Shown here: piece by piece, positions 1-9,963 of the stretch
Position numbering within the stretch: position 1 is the first letter of the stretch
How the letters are laid out: every line of letters starts with the position of its first letter
Assembly (NCBI GenBank): GCA_963827655.1
Contig: CAWHCF010000022.1
Coordinates: 170,083-202,082 of the forward strand
Direction: 5' to 3'
Source: an uncultured Acidobacteriota bacterium
GTDB lineage: Bacteria; Acidobacteriota; UBA6911
DNA: 32,000 nucleotides
Program-made: the position numbers and the translations under genes
The notes under the pieces: model-generated
Database searches by the model: none
The model's input: only the letters and a program-made list of their open reading frames with translations
Told to the model about the DNA's origin: nothing

Positions 1-1485
1 GAAGGCATTAGGGATCATGCGGCCGGTGATCGTAAAGCCGCCCTGAATGTCTTCGAAGAAAAGGCCGAACGGCTTGTTTTCAGCCTTTAGCTGCTCGATC
101 AATTTGACTTTCAATTGCTCCCGTGTGAGCGCGGCCGAGGTTTCGACAAACAGGTTGGATTGTCGCGCCACGGGCCGCAGGCCAGGCGACTTCCGCCCAT
201 GTCCGTTGGACCGGGCAAAACCCTCAATCGGAGAACGAGACATGAGGAAACTCTTGAAAACTCCTCTGTCGATCACGGGGACCCGCCGCGCCCGAACGCC
301 CTGGTTGTCAAAATTATAAGAACCGATCAGGTCCCAGTCTTTAGCCCGGCGCAGCGTAGGATCGAAGAAGATGTTGAAGGTTTCGGGCAGCAACTGCTCG
401 TTGATCTTTTTCTTGAAGGTCTGTCCCTCCTCCTCCCGTTTCTGCCGGTGCCCTTCGATGCGGTGGCCGAAGACTTCATGGAGGAAAACGCCGCTCGCGC
501 GGCCGGACAGGATCGCGGGCCCGATGTACGGATCCACAACGGGCGCCTTGCGCAGGGCATGCAGATCCTGAATGATCTTCTGAACTGCTCTGAGAACCGT
601 CGCGTCGTCAGGCAGTCCTTCCGGAGTGAATGCGAAGAAGGACTCGTAGCGCGGCAATTCCATTCCGTCTTCCGCTTTCGTGAACGCCGAAACGAAAAGG
701 CGATAGTAGCGCTGCGACGTTTGCAGTTCCGAACCCTCACTGTTCGTGAACCAGCGGGTCTCTGCATTCGCAGAAAGGTAGGCGTTCGCTTCGTAAATAT
801 CTCCGTATTTCGCAAATGGAGCCGTGTATTTCCTGAGCTTTTCTTCCCAGGCTTTAGAATCCAGGCTGATCTTCTGAACGGGCTCTATGTGTTTCTCGGG
901 CTGCTCCTGCGAAAAGTCGGGAGACTGATCCTCGGGTTTCACCATGACCTGAACGTTGGTTCGCACTTTGGTGAACGCTTCGGCGGCGCTCTTGTACCGC
1001 CGGTCGGTGTGGTACCAGAGCAGTTGACGTATTGCCTCAGGGTTGTCCTCAATCGGAGCTTCAACAAAGGAAAAACGATCAGAGAAGTCGAAGCCAGGAA
1101 AACTGCCGCGGATGTCGTGAGTATTGTCGATGTTGTAGTCACCGACTCTCACGTCGATATCCAACTGACGGCGCCGGCTCTCCGAGCTGTTGACAAGCTT
1201 GCCGAAGGCACTGTTCACGTTGACGGTATGGGTGTCGGTAATCTCGTAGCTCAAGAAATAGGGCGGAACGGCCTGTTTCTTCAGCGTCTCCATTGAACGG
1301 CTGAGTTCCGCTTTCATTGCATCCAGAACTGGCGCGGGGCCCGTCGCCGGGAAACCGGTACTGAATGCAAGCATGGACAGGCAAAAGGTCAGAATCGAGG
1401 CCAGATGTAAACGAAGCGCTTTGCGGCCGTAGCGGATCGGCGACCTCTTGACTAGATCGCAACCGGGATTGACAGAATCTCTCAT
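1..1485 (-). CDS. TldD/PmbA-family (peptidase U62-like) metallopeptidase with a signal-like N-terminus. The C-terminus runs off the left edge of the window.
   Basis: Absent from the ORF track because there is no stop in the window. Manual minus-strand translation from ATG 1485-1483 gives an open 495-codon frame ending exactly at nt 1. It reads MRDSVNPGCDLVKRSPIRYGRKALRLHLASILTFCLSMLAF..., YFLSYEITDTHTVNVN, HEVFGHRIEGHR (an HExxxH-type site at about nt 440-475) and FGLFFEDIQGGFTITGRMIPNAF at the edge. The + strand ORF 115..1296 is its antisense shadow. Confidence 0.8.
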   Translation of the reverse strand, partial: MRDSVNPGCDLVKRSPIRYGRKALRLHLASILTFCLSMLAFSTGFPATGPAPVLDAMKAELSRSMETLKKQAVPPYFLSYEITDTHTVNVNSAFGKLVNSSESRRRQLDIDVRVGDYNIDNTHDIRGSFPGFDFSDRFSFVEAPIEDNPEAIRQLLWYHTDRRYKSAAEAFTKVRTNVQVMVKPEDQSPDFSQEQPEKHIEPVQKISLDSKAWEEKLRKYTAPFAKYGDIYEANAYLSANAETRWFTNSEGSELQTSQRYYRLFVSAFTKAEDGMELPRYESFFAFTPEGLPDDATVLRAVQKIIQDLHALRKAPVVDPYIGPAILSGRASGVFLHEVFGHRIEGHRQKREEEGQTFKKKINEQLLPETFNIFFDPTLRRAKDWDLIGSYNFDNQGVRARRVPVIDRGVFKSFLMSRSPIEGFARSNGHGRKSPGLRPVARQSNLFVETSAALTREQLKVKLIEQLKAENKPFGLFFEDIQGGFTITGRMIPNAF

Positions 1486-1603
1486 AGATCCCCCTCTCCA
1501 GTCTTCAGAGCGCTGACTGTCAGACTTGATGTCGAAACGGGCCAACGGTTGGGCGGGGTCCCGCGGGGATTGAGCCGCCGTCCGCCCGCTCAACGGCACG
1601 CGA

Positions 1604-1653
1604 CTCAATTAATTGTGATTTCAGGAAAGAGATCGTTTCCTGAATCAATTGAG
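1604..1653. repeat. AT-rich palindrome between the DUF1501 stop and the TldD-like start (possible operator or weak terminator)
   Basis: Perfect 9-bp inverted repeat TTCAGGAAA (1620-1628) / TTTCCTGAA (1636-1644) with a 7-nt loop. It is extended by CTCAATT (1604-1610) / AATTGAG (1647-1653). The stretch is locally AT-rich, about 135 nt upstream of the TldD-like ATG. Confidence 0.5.
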
Positions 1654-1795
1654 AGTGTGTGTGGGCCTCCGCTTCAAATCGTAACCGGTGTGGCTCCGAG
1701 GTATGACCATGATGATATCATGCTTCCGCACAGTCGCGAAGCTGTTGCGCGACTTGAAAACCTCTTGTCGGAACGAAGAGCATGAGCGACATTGG

Positions 1796-1863
1796 CTCTT
1801 CGTGTCTTTGAGTCTTAGAGGTATTTGTCAGACAGCTTAATCACGACGACACGAAGAACCACA
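1796..1863. repeat. Dispersed intergenic repeat family 1 (TCTTCGTGTC-type), inverted pair
   Basis: CTCTTCGTGTCTTTGAGTCTTAGAGG (1796-1821) resembles the copies at 24488-24528 and 31614-31650. GACGACACGAAGAACCACA (1845-1863) is the inverted partner. The 10-bp exact inverted core is TCTTCGTGTC (1797-1806) / GACACGAAGA (1848-1857). Confidence 0.55.
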
Positions 1864-3306
1864 TTATTGCTTTTCGATTACTTCCTTGATCACGTGACCA
1901 TGCACATCGGTAAGCCTTCGGTTAATGCCGTTGTGATAGAAAGTCAGTTTCTCGTGGTCGAGCCCGAGCAGGTGCAAGACGGTCGCGTGGAAATCGTAAA
2001 TAGTGGCTACGTTCTCGACCGCACGTCTGCCGAAGTCGTCTGTAGCACCATAGCTGACGCCGTGCTTCACCCCCGCTCCGAGCATCCAGACCGTAAACCC
2101 GTCCGGATTGTGATCGCGGCCAAGCGTGCCAGCCTGATGCGTTGGCATACGGCCGAACTCTGTAGTCCAGAGAACCAACGTGTCGTTCAAGAGGCCGTGG
2201 CTCTTCAGGTCTTTGATGAGCCCCGCCGTAGGACGGTCCAGAATCGGGCAGTGCCTTTCGTAATCCGCCTTGAGTGTCTTGTGCGCATCCCAGTTCAGCA
2301 GGCCATCCACGCCGGATGCGCGAGAGCCACAAAAGAGCTGCACAAAGCGAACTCCCCGCTCAATGAGCCTCCGTGCCAGGATGCAATTGCGGGCGTAAGC
2401 GGCAGTCAGCGGATTAGGATCATCGGCGCCGTACAGGTCGCGCGTTGCCTTCGATTCCCTGCTCAGATCTGCCGCTTCGGGTGCTGACAATTGCATGCGG
2501 GCTGCCAGTTCGTAAGCCCGGACCCTGGCTGCCAGCTCTGAAGTGCCTGGATGCTCTTCCGCGTGCAGTTTATTAATGAAGCGCAGAAAGCTCAGCGTCG
2601 CCTCGTCTGCGTCCGAACTGGTCTCCTTCGGCCGAGCGAGGTTGCGGATTGGCTCGGCGTCGCTAAAAGTAATGCCCTGATACTCGGCTGGCAGAAAACC
2701 CGCGGTCCAGTTAGCCGGACCTGAAGGAGGAATTCCGCGAATATCAGGTATCGCGACGTAGGCAGGAAGGTTTTCGGTCTCGCTGCCCAGCGCATAGCTA
2801 ACCCAGGCACCAACGCTAGGGTAACCCTCGATGACGAAGCCCGTGTTCATCTGACAACATGCGGGGCCGTGGGTGTTGCTCCGGGCGGTCATGGAGTGAA
2901 TAAAGGCCATCTCGTCGACGAGCTGACCAAGGTGCGGCAACAACTCCGTGACGTACTTTCCCGTTGTGCCACAGCGCTTGAATTCCCACGGGCTGCCCAT
3001 GAGATTCCCGTTCGCCCCCTGAAAGGAGACGAGCTTCTCTTCACCCGGCAGCGGCTCTCCATTGCGTTTTTGTAGTTCGGGCTTGTAATCGAACGTGTCC
3101 ATATGCGACACGGCGCCCGGACAGAAGATCTGAATCACCCGTTTGGCTTTCGGCAGGAAGTGGGGTTGTCGCACGTCGGCCGCTAATTTGTTTCGCTCAA
3201 GGAGCAGGCAGGCGAAGGCGATGCCCTTCAGGCCGTCACCGATTTCACCGAGAAACTGTCTTCGATTCACCCAATGGTTACATGACATGAACAAACTCGT
3301 TCGCAT
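1864..3306 (-). CDS. DUF1501 family protein (sulfatase-like fold, Tat-type signal)
   Basis: 480-aa ORF. The N-terminus [23 protein letters not shown] carries an RRxFL twin-arginine-like motif. Conserved DUF1501-type blocks were recognised by eye ([34 protein letters not shown]). The gene overlaps the stop of the upstream DUF1553 gene (alternative ATG at 3288). Confidence 0.85.
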   Translation of the reverse strand: MRTSLFMSCNHWVNRRQFLGEIGDGLKGIAFACLLLERNKLAADVRQPHFLPKAKRVIQIFCPGAVSHMDTFDYKPELQKRNGEPLPGEEKLVSFQGANGNLMGSPWEFKRCGTTGKYVTELLPHLGQLVDEMAFIHSMTARSNTHGPACCQMNTGFVIEGYPSVGAWVSYALGSETENLPAYVAIPDIRGIPPSGPANWTAGFLPAEYQGITFSDAEPIRNLARPKETSSDADEATLSFLRFINKLHAEEHPGTSELAARVRAYELAARMQLSAPEAADLSRESKATRDLYGADDPNPLTAAYARNCILARRLIERGVRFVQLFCGSRASGVDGLLNWDAHKTLKADYERHCPILDRPTAGLIKDLKSHGLLNDTLVLWTTEFGRMPTHQAGTLGRDHNPDGFTVWMLGAGVKHGVSYGATDDFGRRAVENVATIYDFHATVLHLLGLDHEKLTFYHNGINRRLTDVHGHVIKEVIEKQ

Positions 3307-6166
3307 TCAGCAGGGCGCGGCAGAAAACCGACAGCCCGTGTCGATTAATCAACTCCAGAGCCGCCGCCTTTTCCTGCGGCTGCGGTGCGCGCCCGAAGGC
3401 GAGCCTGTAGGCGCGCTCGACCTGCGCGCCTCGGTCCGTCTCTCCTGTTTCGCGAACCAGGCGCTCAGCAAGAAAGGCCGCCTGGTCCACAACGAAACGA
3501 CTATTGAGAAGGGTGAGCGCCTGAAGCGGACTGGTAGTCACGACCCGCTTCGGCTCCGGAAGCGTTGAGTCCGGGCAGTCATGGGTGGCCAGCACGTCGT
3601 CACGAACCGATCGAGCAAACTGGTGGTACACCGAACGCCGGAAAGTCTCCTCTGGAAATTCCTCTACCGGAAGATAGGTCGCCACGTTATCTACCGTGTA
3701 TTTGTAGAGTTGAAACCCGGGACCACCCACATCCCGTTTCAACTTTCCACTCACGGCGAGGATGGTATCGCGAATCGCCTCTGCCTCCAGCCGCTTGGGC
3801 GGGAAACGCCAAAGATAGAGCGCCTCGCTGTCGGCAGCCGCCGCCTTGGCGTCGTACTTGCTCGATTGCCGGTAGGCGGCCGAGAGCATGATTTCGCGGT
3901 GAAAAGGTTTGAGCCTCCATCCGAGTTCCACGAGCCGATTCGCCATCCATTCGAGCAACTCCGGATGCGTGGGATGCCCGCCATTGAATCCGAAATCACT
4001 GGGTCTATTGACCAGGCCGCGGCCAAAGTGGTAGTGCCACAGTCTATTCACCAGCACCCGTGCCGTGAGTCCGTTGCGGTCGTCGGCAATCCAGCGAGCC
4101 AGCGCGAGGCGGCGCGCGCCTTCCGGAGCGTTCGGATCCAGCTCGAAACCGGGAAGCATCCTGCTCATTACGGCGAGGCTGCCGGGAGCGATGACTTCTC
4201 CCTTATCCGCGGGATTGCCACGTTTCAGGATTCGCGTCGACTCCTGCGGTTCGGTAAACCGTCCGATATATGCGGTCGGCAATTTGGGGATTTCACCGAT
4301 CCGTCTCTCTAATTCCTTGCTGCGCCGGCTCAGCGCCTTCCACTGCTCTTGCTCTGCGCTCGAGAGCACCTCGAGCAGGAAAACCTCTTCACGTTCTCCC
4401 TGGTCAAAGGGCAGGCGCTTGGAGGAATCCACGAGCTTCGCCCAGTTTACGCCGTCAATCGACGTCTCAAAGACGTACTTGACCGGAACTTGAGTGAGGA
4501 ATCTCCCCTGAAAAGCGCCTGACCGGTCGCGCGACCAGAAAACCCTCGCGATCCTGTGTGTCCTGGGAAATTCGATCGTGACTTGACCCATACCGCGTTC
4601 GCTCGAAATCCAGAGCTTATCGAACTTGCCGTCCACCAGGTTCTCTACCTCGTACGCCTCGGTCCCGGTGCCGGTAGACCGCGTCGATCTCGCGCTCGCG
4701 CGGGCGCCGGTGGATTGGAGCGCAACATTTGCAGGGCTCGGCTCGTCCGTCCAGATTTCGAGCTCGTCCATTGCGGGCGGGCTGTTCTGCGGAACCGCTG
4801 CCTCCACGCTCATCCGCACGAAGCGAGCCTCGATAGGATTAAAGGTCTCTTCGGTTCCCCGCGGCTCGACCGGCGGCTTGTACCTGGCCGCAATGGTATC
4901 GCGCTGTTGTTCCACGAGACGGGCGGTCTTCGCCTTCAAGCCGGACATCTGATCAAGGATTTCTTTCAGCTCCTTCCTGAGTGGTTCCTCGGCAGCACGG
5001 CGATGCGCTTTTTCTTCTGCGGTGGCCAACTCGCGCTCGGCGTGTTCCACACCTGCAAATGCAGCCTGGATGCGATGGTAATCTGCCTGCGAGATTGGAT
5101 CAAACTTGTGGTCGTGGCAGCGCGCGCAATTCACGGTAAGGCCCAGGAAGCCCATCCCGGTTGTCGCCACAATATCATCGAGATCGTTGGCACGCTTCTG
5201 CAGTTCGCCTTCAACGTTTTCGATTTTCACTGTGTCGTGGATTCCGGCAACCAGAAAGCCGGTCGCGACCTCGACGTCGGGATTGTTCGCCGCGACCTGA
5301 TCCCCGGCCAGGTGCTCGATTATCATCCGGTTGAAGGGTTTATCCTGGTTGAAGGATCGAATCACGTAATCGCGCAAAGGCCAGGCGCGCTCTCGCAGAT
5401 GGTTCTGCTCGTAGCCGTGGCTCTCACCAAAGCGGATCACATCGAGCCAGTGCCGGGCCCAGCGCTCGCCGTAGTGAGGTGACGCGAGCAACCGGTCGAT
5501 CAGCTTCTCGTATGCGTCAGAACTCTCGTCGCTAACAAACGCCTCCACCTCGCCGGGAGTCGGAGGGAGGCCGAGCAGGTCGAAGGTTGCACGCCGAATG
5601 AATGTTCTCCGGTCGGCTGGTGGTGACGGCTGCAGGCCTTTCTCGTGAAGCTTCGCGTAGATGAAGCGATCGATGGGCGAGGCCGACCAGCCAGCCGGCG
5701 AGCCATCAATATTCGGCGGCCGAACCACAGTCAACGGCTGCAACGACCACCAGTCCGGCCCTGCCCGCGGCCGAACTATATTCTTGCCAAGGACTCCAGT
5801 CCACGGAGCGCCGGCTTCGATCCACCTGCGGATGATCGCCTTCTCACCGGCGGGAAGCGGGTCGCCGGGAGGCATCTCGTCCGAAGCGATTCTCTTGAAC
5901 AAAAGACTGTCGTCGGGGTTACCCGGCAAGAGTGCCGAGCCCCTTGTGCCCCCTTTGCGCGCCGCATCCAGGCTATCGAGGAGCAAACCCGAGGTTTTCA
6001 ATTGAGCATTGTGGCAGGAGAGGCAGCGCTTCTCGAGAATTGTCTTGGCCTCCGCCTCGATTCCGGTGCCATCCTGGGCGCGCAGCGAGAATCCGCAAAC
6101 CGCTGCGAGGAGGACGGCCAAGACTCCTATCCGCCCGGCAAGCGCTTTCGACCGCCGACTATTCAT
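3278..6166 (-). CDS. PSCyt1 (planctomycete cytochrome c) - DUF1549 - F5/8 type C (discoidin) - DUF1553 multidomain protein
   Basis: The ORF track gives 3278..6490. I prefer the ATG at 6166-6164, which has a GGAGGGAG Shine-Dalgarno about 7 nt upstream and starts a signal peptide [31 protein letters not shown]. Motifs seen: CLSCHN (heme c), [20 protein letters not shown] (DUF1549), FVRMSVEA...ELEIW (discoidin-like) and [11 protein letters not shown] (DUF1553). Confidence 0.85.
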   Translation of the reverse strand: MNSRRSKALAGRIGVLAVLLAAVCGFSLRAQDGTGIEAEAKTILEKRCLSCHNAQLKTSGLLLDSLDAARKGGTRGSALLPGNPDDSLLFKRIASDEMPPGDPLPAGEKAIIRRWIEAGAPWTGVLGKNIVRPRAGPDWWSLQPLTVVRPPNIDGSPAGWSASPIDRFIYAKLHEKGLQPSPPADRRTFIRRATFDLLGLPPTPGEVEAFVSDESSDAYEKLIDRLLASPHYGERWARHWLDVIRFGESHGYEQNHLRERAWPLRDYVIRSFNQDKPFNRMIIEHLAGDQVAANNPDVEVATGFLVAGIHDTVKIENVEGELQKRANDLDDIVATTGMGFLGLTVNCARCHDHKFDPISQADYHRIQAAFAGVEHAERELATAEEKAHRRAAEEPLRKELKEILDQMSGLKAKTARLVEQQRDTIAARYKPPVEPRGTEETFNPIEARFVRMSVEAAVPQNSPPAMDELEIWTDEPSPANVALQSTGARASARSTRSTGTGTEAYEVENLVDGKFDKLWISSERGMGQVTIEFPRTHRIARVFWSRDRSGAFQGRFLTQVPVKYVFETSIDGVNWAKLVDSSKRLPFDQGEREEVFLLEVLSSAEQEQWKALSRRSKELERRIGEIPKLPTAYIGRFTEPQESTRILKRGNPADKGEVIAPGSLAVMSRMLPGFELDPNAPEGARRLALARWIADDRNGLTARVLVNRLWHYHFGRGLVNRPSDFGFNGGHPTHPELLEWMANRLVELGWRLKPFHREIMLSAAYRQSSKYDAKAAAADSEALYLWRFPPKRLEAEAIRDTILAVSGKLKRDVGGPGFQLYKYTVDNVATYLPVEEFPEETFRRSVYHQFARSVRDDVLATHDCPDSTLPEPKRVVTTSPLQALTLLNSRFVVDQAAFLAERLVRETGETDRGAQVERAYRLAFGRAPQPQEKAAALELINRHGLSVFCRALLNANEFVHVM

Positions 6167-6616
6167 GTTTCTACTCCCTCCGCCATCGGGCGACCCAGCT
6201 TGTGGCGCCTTCAGTCCGAAGCAGAGAATCCTGTCACGGCTGATAATAGCCAGTATTAGGGTCAACGTGAAGGAGGTTTTCACGAGGTGACGGCTAGCCA
6301 CCGTACCTGTGATCGGAGGTTCTTCTTTTGGAGTGCGTCCCGGCCGCGCGTCGCTTGCGCGTCTGTTCAACAGATCTGGCTGCGGGAAGCGGCGCGTTCT
6401 CGTTTCGGCGATCCCGCCGGCGTTATCGCAGCGCTCAGCGTCGGACTCGAGTGTCTCGGCCGCCAAGGCAGTTCGAATGAGCTCGCCCAAATGAGTTCGA
6501 TGGTAGAGGGCGTCGATCGTTTGGCCCTGCTCTCCTGATCACACGGCGCTCGTGACGGCTGTCCCCATGCTCGATCACCGCGTGACGCGCAGATGCCCCA
6601 CATGGTCCAGTGGCCG

Positions 6617-6985
6617 TTACTTCTGGCCAACACGTTTCAGAGAAAGCCTTGCATTATCCGTCCTGTCGCCTCTGGTTCGTTTCATCTCGCCTTTGATTTC
6701 ATTCTCGGTGGCTTTCAAGTCGAAGTGGATCGTCCCTTTGCCTGTGGGTATTTCAAACGTCAGCTTGTCGCCTTCCACTTTGCCGTTCTGCATCGGATGC
6801 TGCTCATCCTCGGTGGGTCCGCCGCTTCCAGAAAGCTGGCCGCCCTCTTGTTTTAAAATCATGAAGACCGGCTCGGATTTTGCTTCGTCCTGCACGTCGA
6901 CGAATCTTCCGGACCATTTGCCGGAGACGTCGATGGCAGCAAGTGGCAGAGCCACGAACGCGACCGCAAGAAATAAAGTTCTCAT
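6617..6985 (-). CDS. Small secreted hypothetical protein (122 aa)
   Basis: An internal ATG at 6985-6983 is preceded by AGGAGG at good spacing. The product MRTLFLAVAFVALPLAAIDVSGKWSG... has a clear signal peptide. The longer ORF-track start (7135) would read through a heptamer repeat tract. I recognised no family. Confidence 0.6.
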   Translation of the reverse strand: MRTLFLAVAFVALPLAAIDVSGKWSGRFVDVQDEAKSEPVFMILKQEGGQLSGSGGPTEDEQHPMQNGKVEGDKLTFEIPTGKGTIHFDLKATENEIKGEMKRTRGDRTDNARLSLKRVGQK

Positions 6986-7108
6986 TGTATCCTCCTGGTT
7001 GGACATGCTGGCAGCTACAACGGACTTGCAGTCCTGATAGTTCGAAACATCTGGAGGGGAACAATTCTTCTTTTCTGCAGCCCTAACGAAGGGTTGACCC
7101 GTTGAAAT

Positions 7109-7147
7109 TGTCAATCGACAATCGTCAATCGTCAATCGTCAATTCAT
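7109..7147. repeat. Tandem heptamer tract. On the minus strand it reads TTGACGA TTGACGA TTGACGA TTGTCGA TTGACAA.
   Basis: The + strand reads tcaatcg acaatcg tcaatcg tcaatcg tcaattc (7111-7145). The tract abuts or overlaps the ADOP stop codon (7144-7146) and lies about 125-160 nt upstream of the small secreted protein gene. Confidence 0.7.
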
Positions 7148-9684
7148 TCATATCTCAGCGCCACCGTTGGGTCGGTGCGTGAGGCTCGCCTCGCCGGCAC
7201 GTAGCCGGCGAGAGTCGCGACTGCCAGCATCAACAGCGTCGCCATCACAATGGTGGCCGGGTCGGTGGGTTTCAACCCAAACAGGTACTTCTCGACCAGA
7301 CGCGTGGCTGCCAGTGCACCGGGGACACCCAGGACGATCCCAATCCCGACCAGCAGCATTGTTTCCCGGAGAACCATCCGGAGCATGGCCGAGCGCTGCG
7401 CGCCCAGAGCCATGCGGATGCCGATTTCCCGAGTCCGCCGGACCACGGCGTAAGACATGAGACCGTAGAGGCCGACGCAGGCCAGGAGCAGGGCCAGCGC
7501 GCCAAAGAAACTCAACAGCTTGGCGATCAACTGCTCGTCGGCCAGAGTTCGGTTGACCTGGTCTTCCAGCGTCCTGACATTCCGAATCACGAGGTTGCTG
7601 TTGATCTCCTTCAGCGCCTGGCGGATTTGTCCGGTCATGGCGGAGGGGTTTCCCACCGTGCGCACCTCGATAGCGGAAACACGACCCTGGCCTTGCACCC
7701 AGGGAAGATAGGTCATGCGGGGGGTCTGCTGGCGCAGGTTGTCGTATTTCGCATCCTGAACCACGCCGACAATTTCAACCGCCTGGTCCCGATCCAGTTG
7801 CGCCGCAAAAGGGATATAGCGCCCGAGCGAGTCTGATTTGGGAAAATAAACGAGCTTCCCCAGGGGGCTCTGCTGACCAAAGTAGTGTCGCGCCATCGTT
7901 TCGTTGATGACGCCGACCTTGGGTGACGTTGCCGTGTCCTCGTAGCCGAAGTCGCGCCCGAGCAGCAATCTCATCCCGAGCGTTTCAAAGTAGCGGTTGG
8001 ATACCCAGTTTTGCCGGACATCGCCATCGGTTTCGGGATTCACATTGGAGCCCGGCACGCGCACGGGCGCGGTGGTTGCCGATCCACTCAACAGGCCATA
8101 TTTGGAAAGGCTGGCCGATCGCACGCCCGGCAGGGCGTTGAGCCGCTGGTGCACCTGAGGGCCCAGCGCGGCGATTTCAGGCGGCTTGAGCGCGGCCGGA
8201 TCGGCCATGACCGTGATTGAGAGGACGTTGTTGCGCTCGAAGCCGGCGTCGAACGCCCGCAGATTCTGCAGGCTGCGGATCAGCAGCGCGGCGCCCACCA
8301 GGAGCACAAGAGAAAGCGCTACTTGCGAGATAACCAGCGTCCGGCTAAAGCGCTGTCTGGGCGGGCTGCCGCTCTGGCTGCCGGCGCTTTCTTTCAGCGC
8401 AGGATTCAGATCCACGACCGCTGTCAGGAGCGCCGGTACCAAGCCAAAGAAAATCCCGGTCAAAAGCGAGACGGCCAGCGTGAAGCCGAGCACACGCCAT
8501 TCCGGGCGAAGATCGAGTTGTATTGGAGAGCCCCCGCCCGAGGCAAGCCCGAGCAGAAGCTCGCTGCCCCACGCCGCAAGGAGCAGACCCGTGGCACCGC
8601 CCATGATGGCAAGCAGCATGCTTTCCGTGAGTAGTTGCCGGATCAGCCGGCCACGGCCCGAGCCGAGGGCCAATCGAATGCCGATTTCCTTTTGCCGTGA
8701 CGCCGATCGCGCCAGCAGCAGATTAGCCACATTGCAACAGGCGATGAGCAAGACCAATCCGACCACGGCCATGAGCAGCCGCAGCGGCTGCGAAAAACGC
8801 ATTCGCAGCGCGGCAAAGCCTTTGCTGCCGGGCTCGAGTTCCACCCGGACCTCTTCGAGCTTGGGCGCGCTGTGGATCAAGCTACCTTTTCCGCTCAGGA
8901 TCTCGTCGGCCAGCAGTTGACGATACAGGAACGTCAAGGCCGTTGTGGCCTGCCGCTCATCGGTACCGGGTTTCAAGCGTCCCATCGTTCTGAACCAGGT
9001 CGCAGTGCGCACTTCCAGGAGACTCCTCGGCTCCAGGCTGGGTTGCATCCGAATAGGAAGCCAGATGTCGGGAAGTACCCCCACCGATTCGCCAAAAAAC
9101 TCCCGGGGTGTGACGCCTACGATCGTGAAAGCTGCGCCATTGAGCATGATGGTCCGCCCCAGGATCGAGACGTCGCGGGCGAACTGGCGTTCCCAGAAGC
9201 CATGGCTGATGACGGCGACAGGGCCTTGCGGTCCCCCCACGCCAGGCACCTGGTCATCTTCCGCGGTAAACACCCTCCCACGCATGGCGTTCACGCCGAG
9301 AACGGAGAAGTAGTTCCCGGAGACGAGCCTTCCGCGCAATCCCCCTGCGAGCTGCAGCTCGCCGTAGCCCTCCATGCTGACCCGCAGCACGTCAACCGAA
9401 CCGCTCGCAAAGATCCCCGACAGCGCGTCCTGACGCTGGGAAATCTCGCGAAAGATCGGGAAGTTGAAGTCGCGGCCTCGATTGCCGTGAACCGGTCTGA
9501 CGACGACGAGCTGCTCCGGATTCTCGACTGGAAGCGATTTCAGGAGCACAGCGTCTATCAAGCTAAAGATGGCGGTATTCGCCCCAATGCCGAGAGCCAG
9601 AGACAGTACCGCCACCGCCGTGAAGCTGGGACTCTTACCCAGCATCCGCACGCCGAACCTCAGATCCTGCCAGAAAGTCTCCAT
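7144..9684 (-). CDS. ADOP-family duplicated permease (MacB/FtsX-like, two MacB periplasmic + FtsX halves)
   Basis: The ORF track gives 7144..9945. I prefer the ATG at 9684-9682, which has GGAGGAG upstream and gives METFWQDLRFGVRMLGKSPSFTAVAVLSLALGIGANTAIFS, the canonical ADOP N-terminus. It is duplicated internally (second half around LLIACCNVANLLLAR and the C-terminal TDPTVALRYE). It is a paralogue of 18682..21102. Confidence 0.85.
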   Translation of the reverse strand: METFWQDLRFGVRMLGKSPSFTAVAVLSLALGIGANTAIFSLIDAVLLKSLPVENPEQLVVVRPVHGNRGRDFNFPIFREISQRQDALSGIFASGSVDVLRVSMEGYGELQLAGGLRGRLVSGNYFSVLGVNAMRGRVFTAEDDQVPGVGGPQGPVAVISHGFWERQFARDVSILGRTIMLNGAAFTIVGVTPREFFGESVGVLPDIWLPIRMQPSLEPRSLLEVRTATWFRTMGRLKPGTDERQATTALTFLYRQLLADEILSGKGSLIHSAPKLEEVRVELEPGSKGFAALRMRFSQPLRLLMAVVGLVLLIACCNVANLLLARSASRQKEIGIRLALGSGRGRLIRQLLTESMLLAIMGGATGLLLAAWGSELLLGLASGGGSPIQLDLRPEWRVLGFTLAVSLLTGIFFGLVPALLTAVVDLNPALKESAGSQSGSPPRQRFSRTLVISQVALSLVLLVGAALLIRSLQNLRAFDAGFERNNVLSITVMADPAALKPPEIAALGPQVHQRLNALPGVRSASLSKYGLLSGSATTAPVRVPGSNVNPETDGDVRQNWVSNRYFETLGMRLLLGRDFGYEDTATSPKVGVINETMARHYFGQQSPLGKLVYFPKSDSLGRYIPFAAQLDRDQAVEIVGVVQDAKYDNLRQQTPRMTYLPWVQGQGRVSAIEVRTVGNPSAMTGQIRQALKEINSNLVIRNVRTLEDQVNRTLADEQLIAKLLSFFGALALLLACVGLYGLMSYAVVRRTREIGIRMALGAQRSAMLRMVLRETMLLVGIGIVLGVPGALAATRLVEKYLFGLKPTDPATIVMATLLMLAVATLAGYVPARRASRTDPTVALRYE

Positions 9685-9963
9685 CACTCCTCCGTTGTGA
9701 AAACCAGTAGCGCACGAGCCGTGCCAACGACTCCGTCGCTCGAAGCTATTGAGTGAGTTAGCGCATACCGAAAGGCAGGCAGTTGCCCGACGGATAGAGG
9801 TGTCCGCTATTGGGATGGGAATCCTTCGAAAGCGAACAGTCCACTTGCGCTTCATCGCGGCTTCGTGATTAGTAGCCGCCTGGACGTCGCACATCGCCAA
9901 TCTGGCACTGAAGCCGAACCGTCGTGTCCGTTGGAACGACACCAAAGGTTAAGTGGAAAAGTG

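Noticed and set aside
115-1296. 393-aa + strand ORF (TTG start), the longest listed ORF in the first 1.5 kb
   Set aside because: It is the antisense shadow of the minus-strand TldD/PmbA-like gene, which has clear family motifs (HEVFGH, GGFT). The + strand product is Arg/Leu/Val-rich with no recognisable motif.
6167-6490. N-terminal 108-aa extension of the PSCyt/DUF1553 ORF in the track
   Set aside because: The extension has no signal peptide or conserved features. The ATG at 6166 has a strong GGAGGGAG RBS and starts a canonical signal peptide.
7109-7147. Possible CRISPR or minisatellite interpretation of the short tandem repeats (also 30944-30988)
   Set aside because: The units are 6-7 nt with no spacers, far too short for CRISPR repeats. 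No cas genes are in the window.
9685-9945. N-terminal 87-aa extension of the first ADOP ORF
   Set aside because: The ADOP-family N-terminus (METFWQDLRFG...) begins at 9684 with a GGAGGAG RBS. The extension is Arg/Cys-rich and not family-like.
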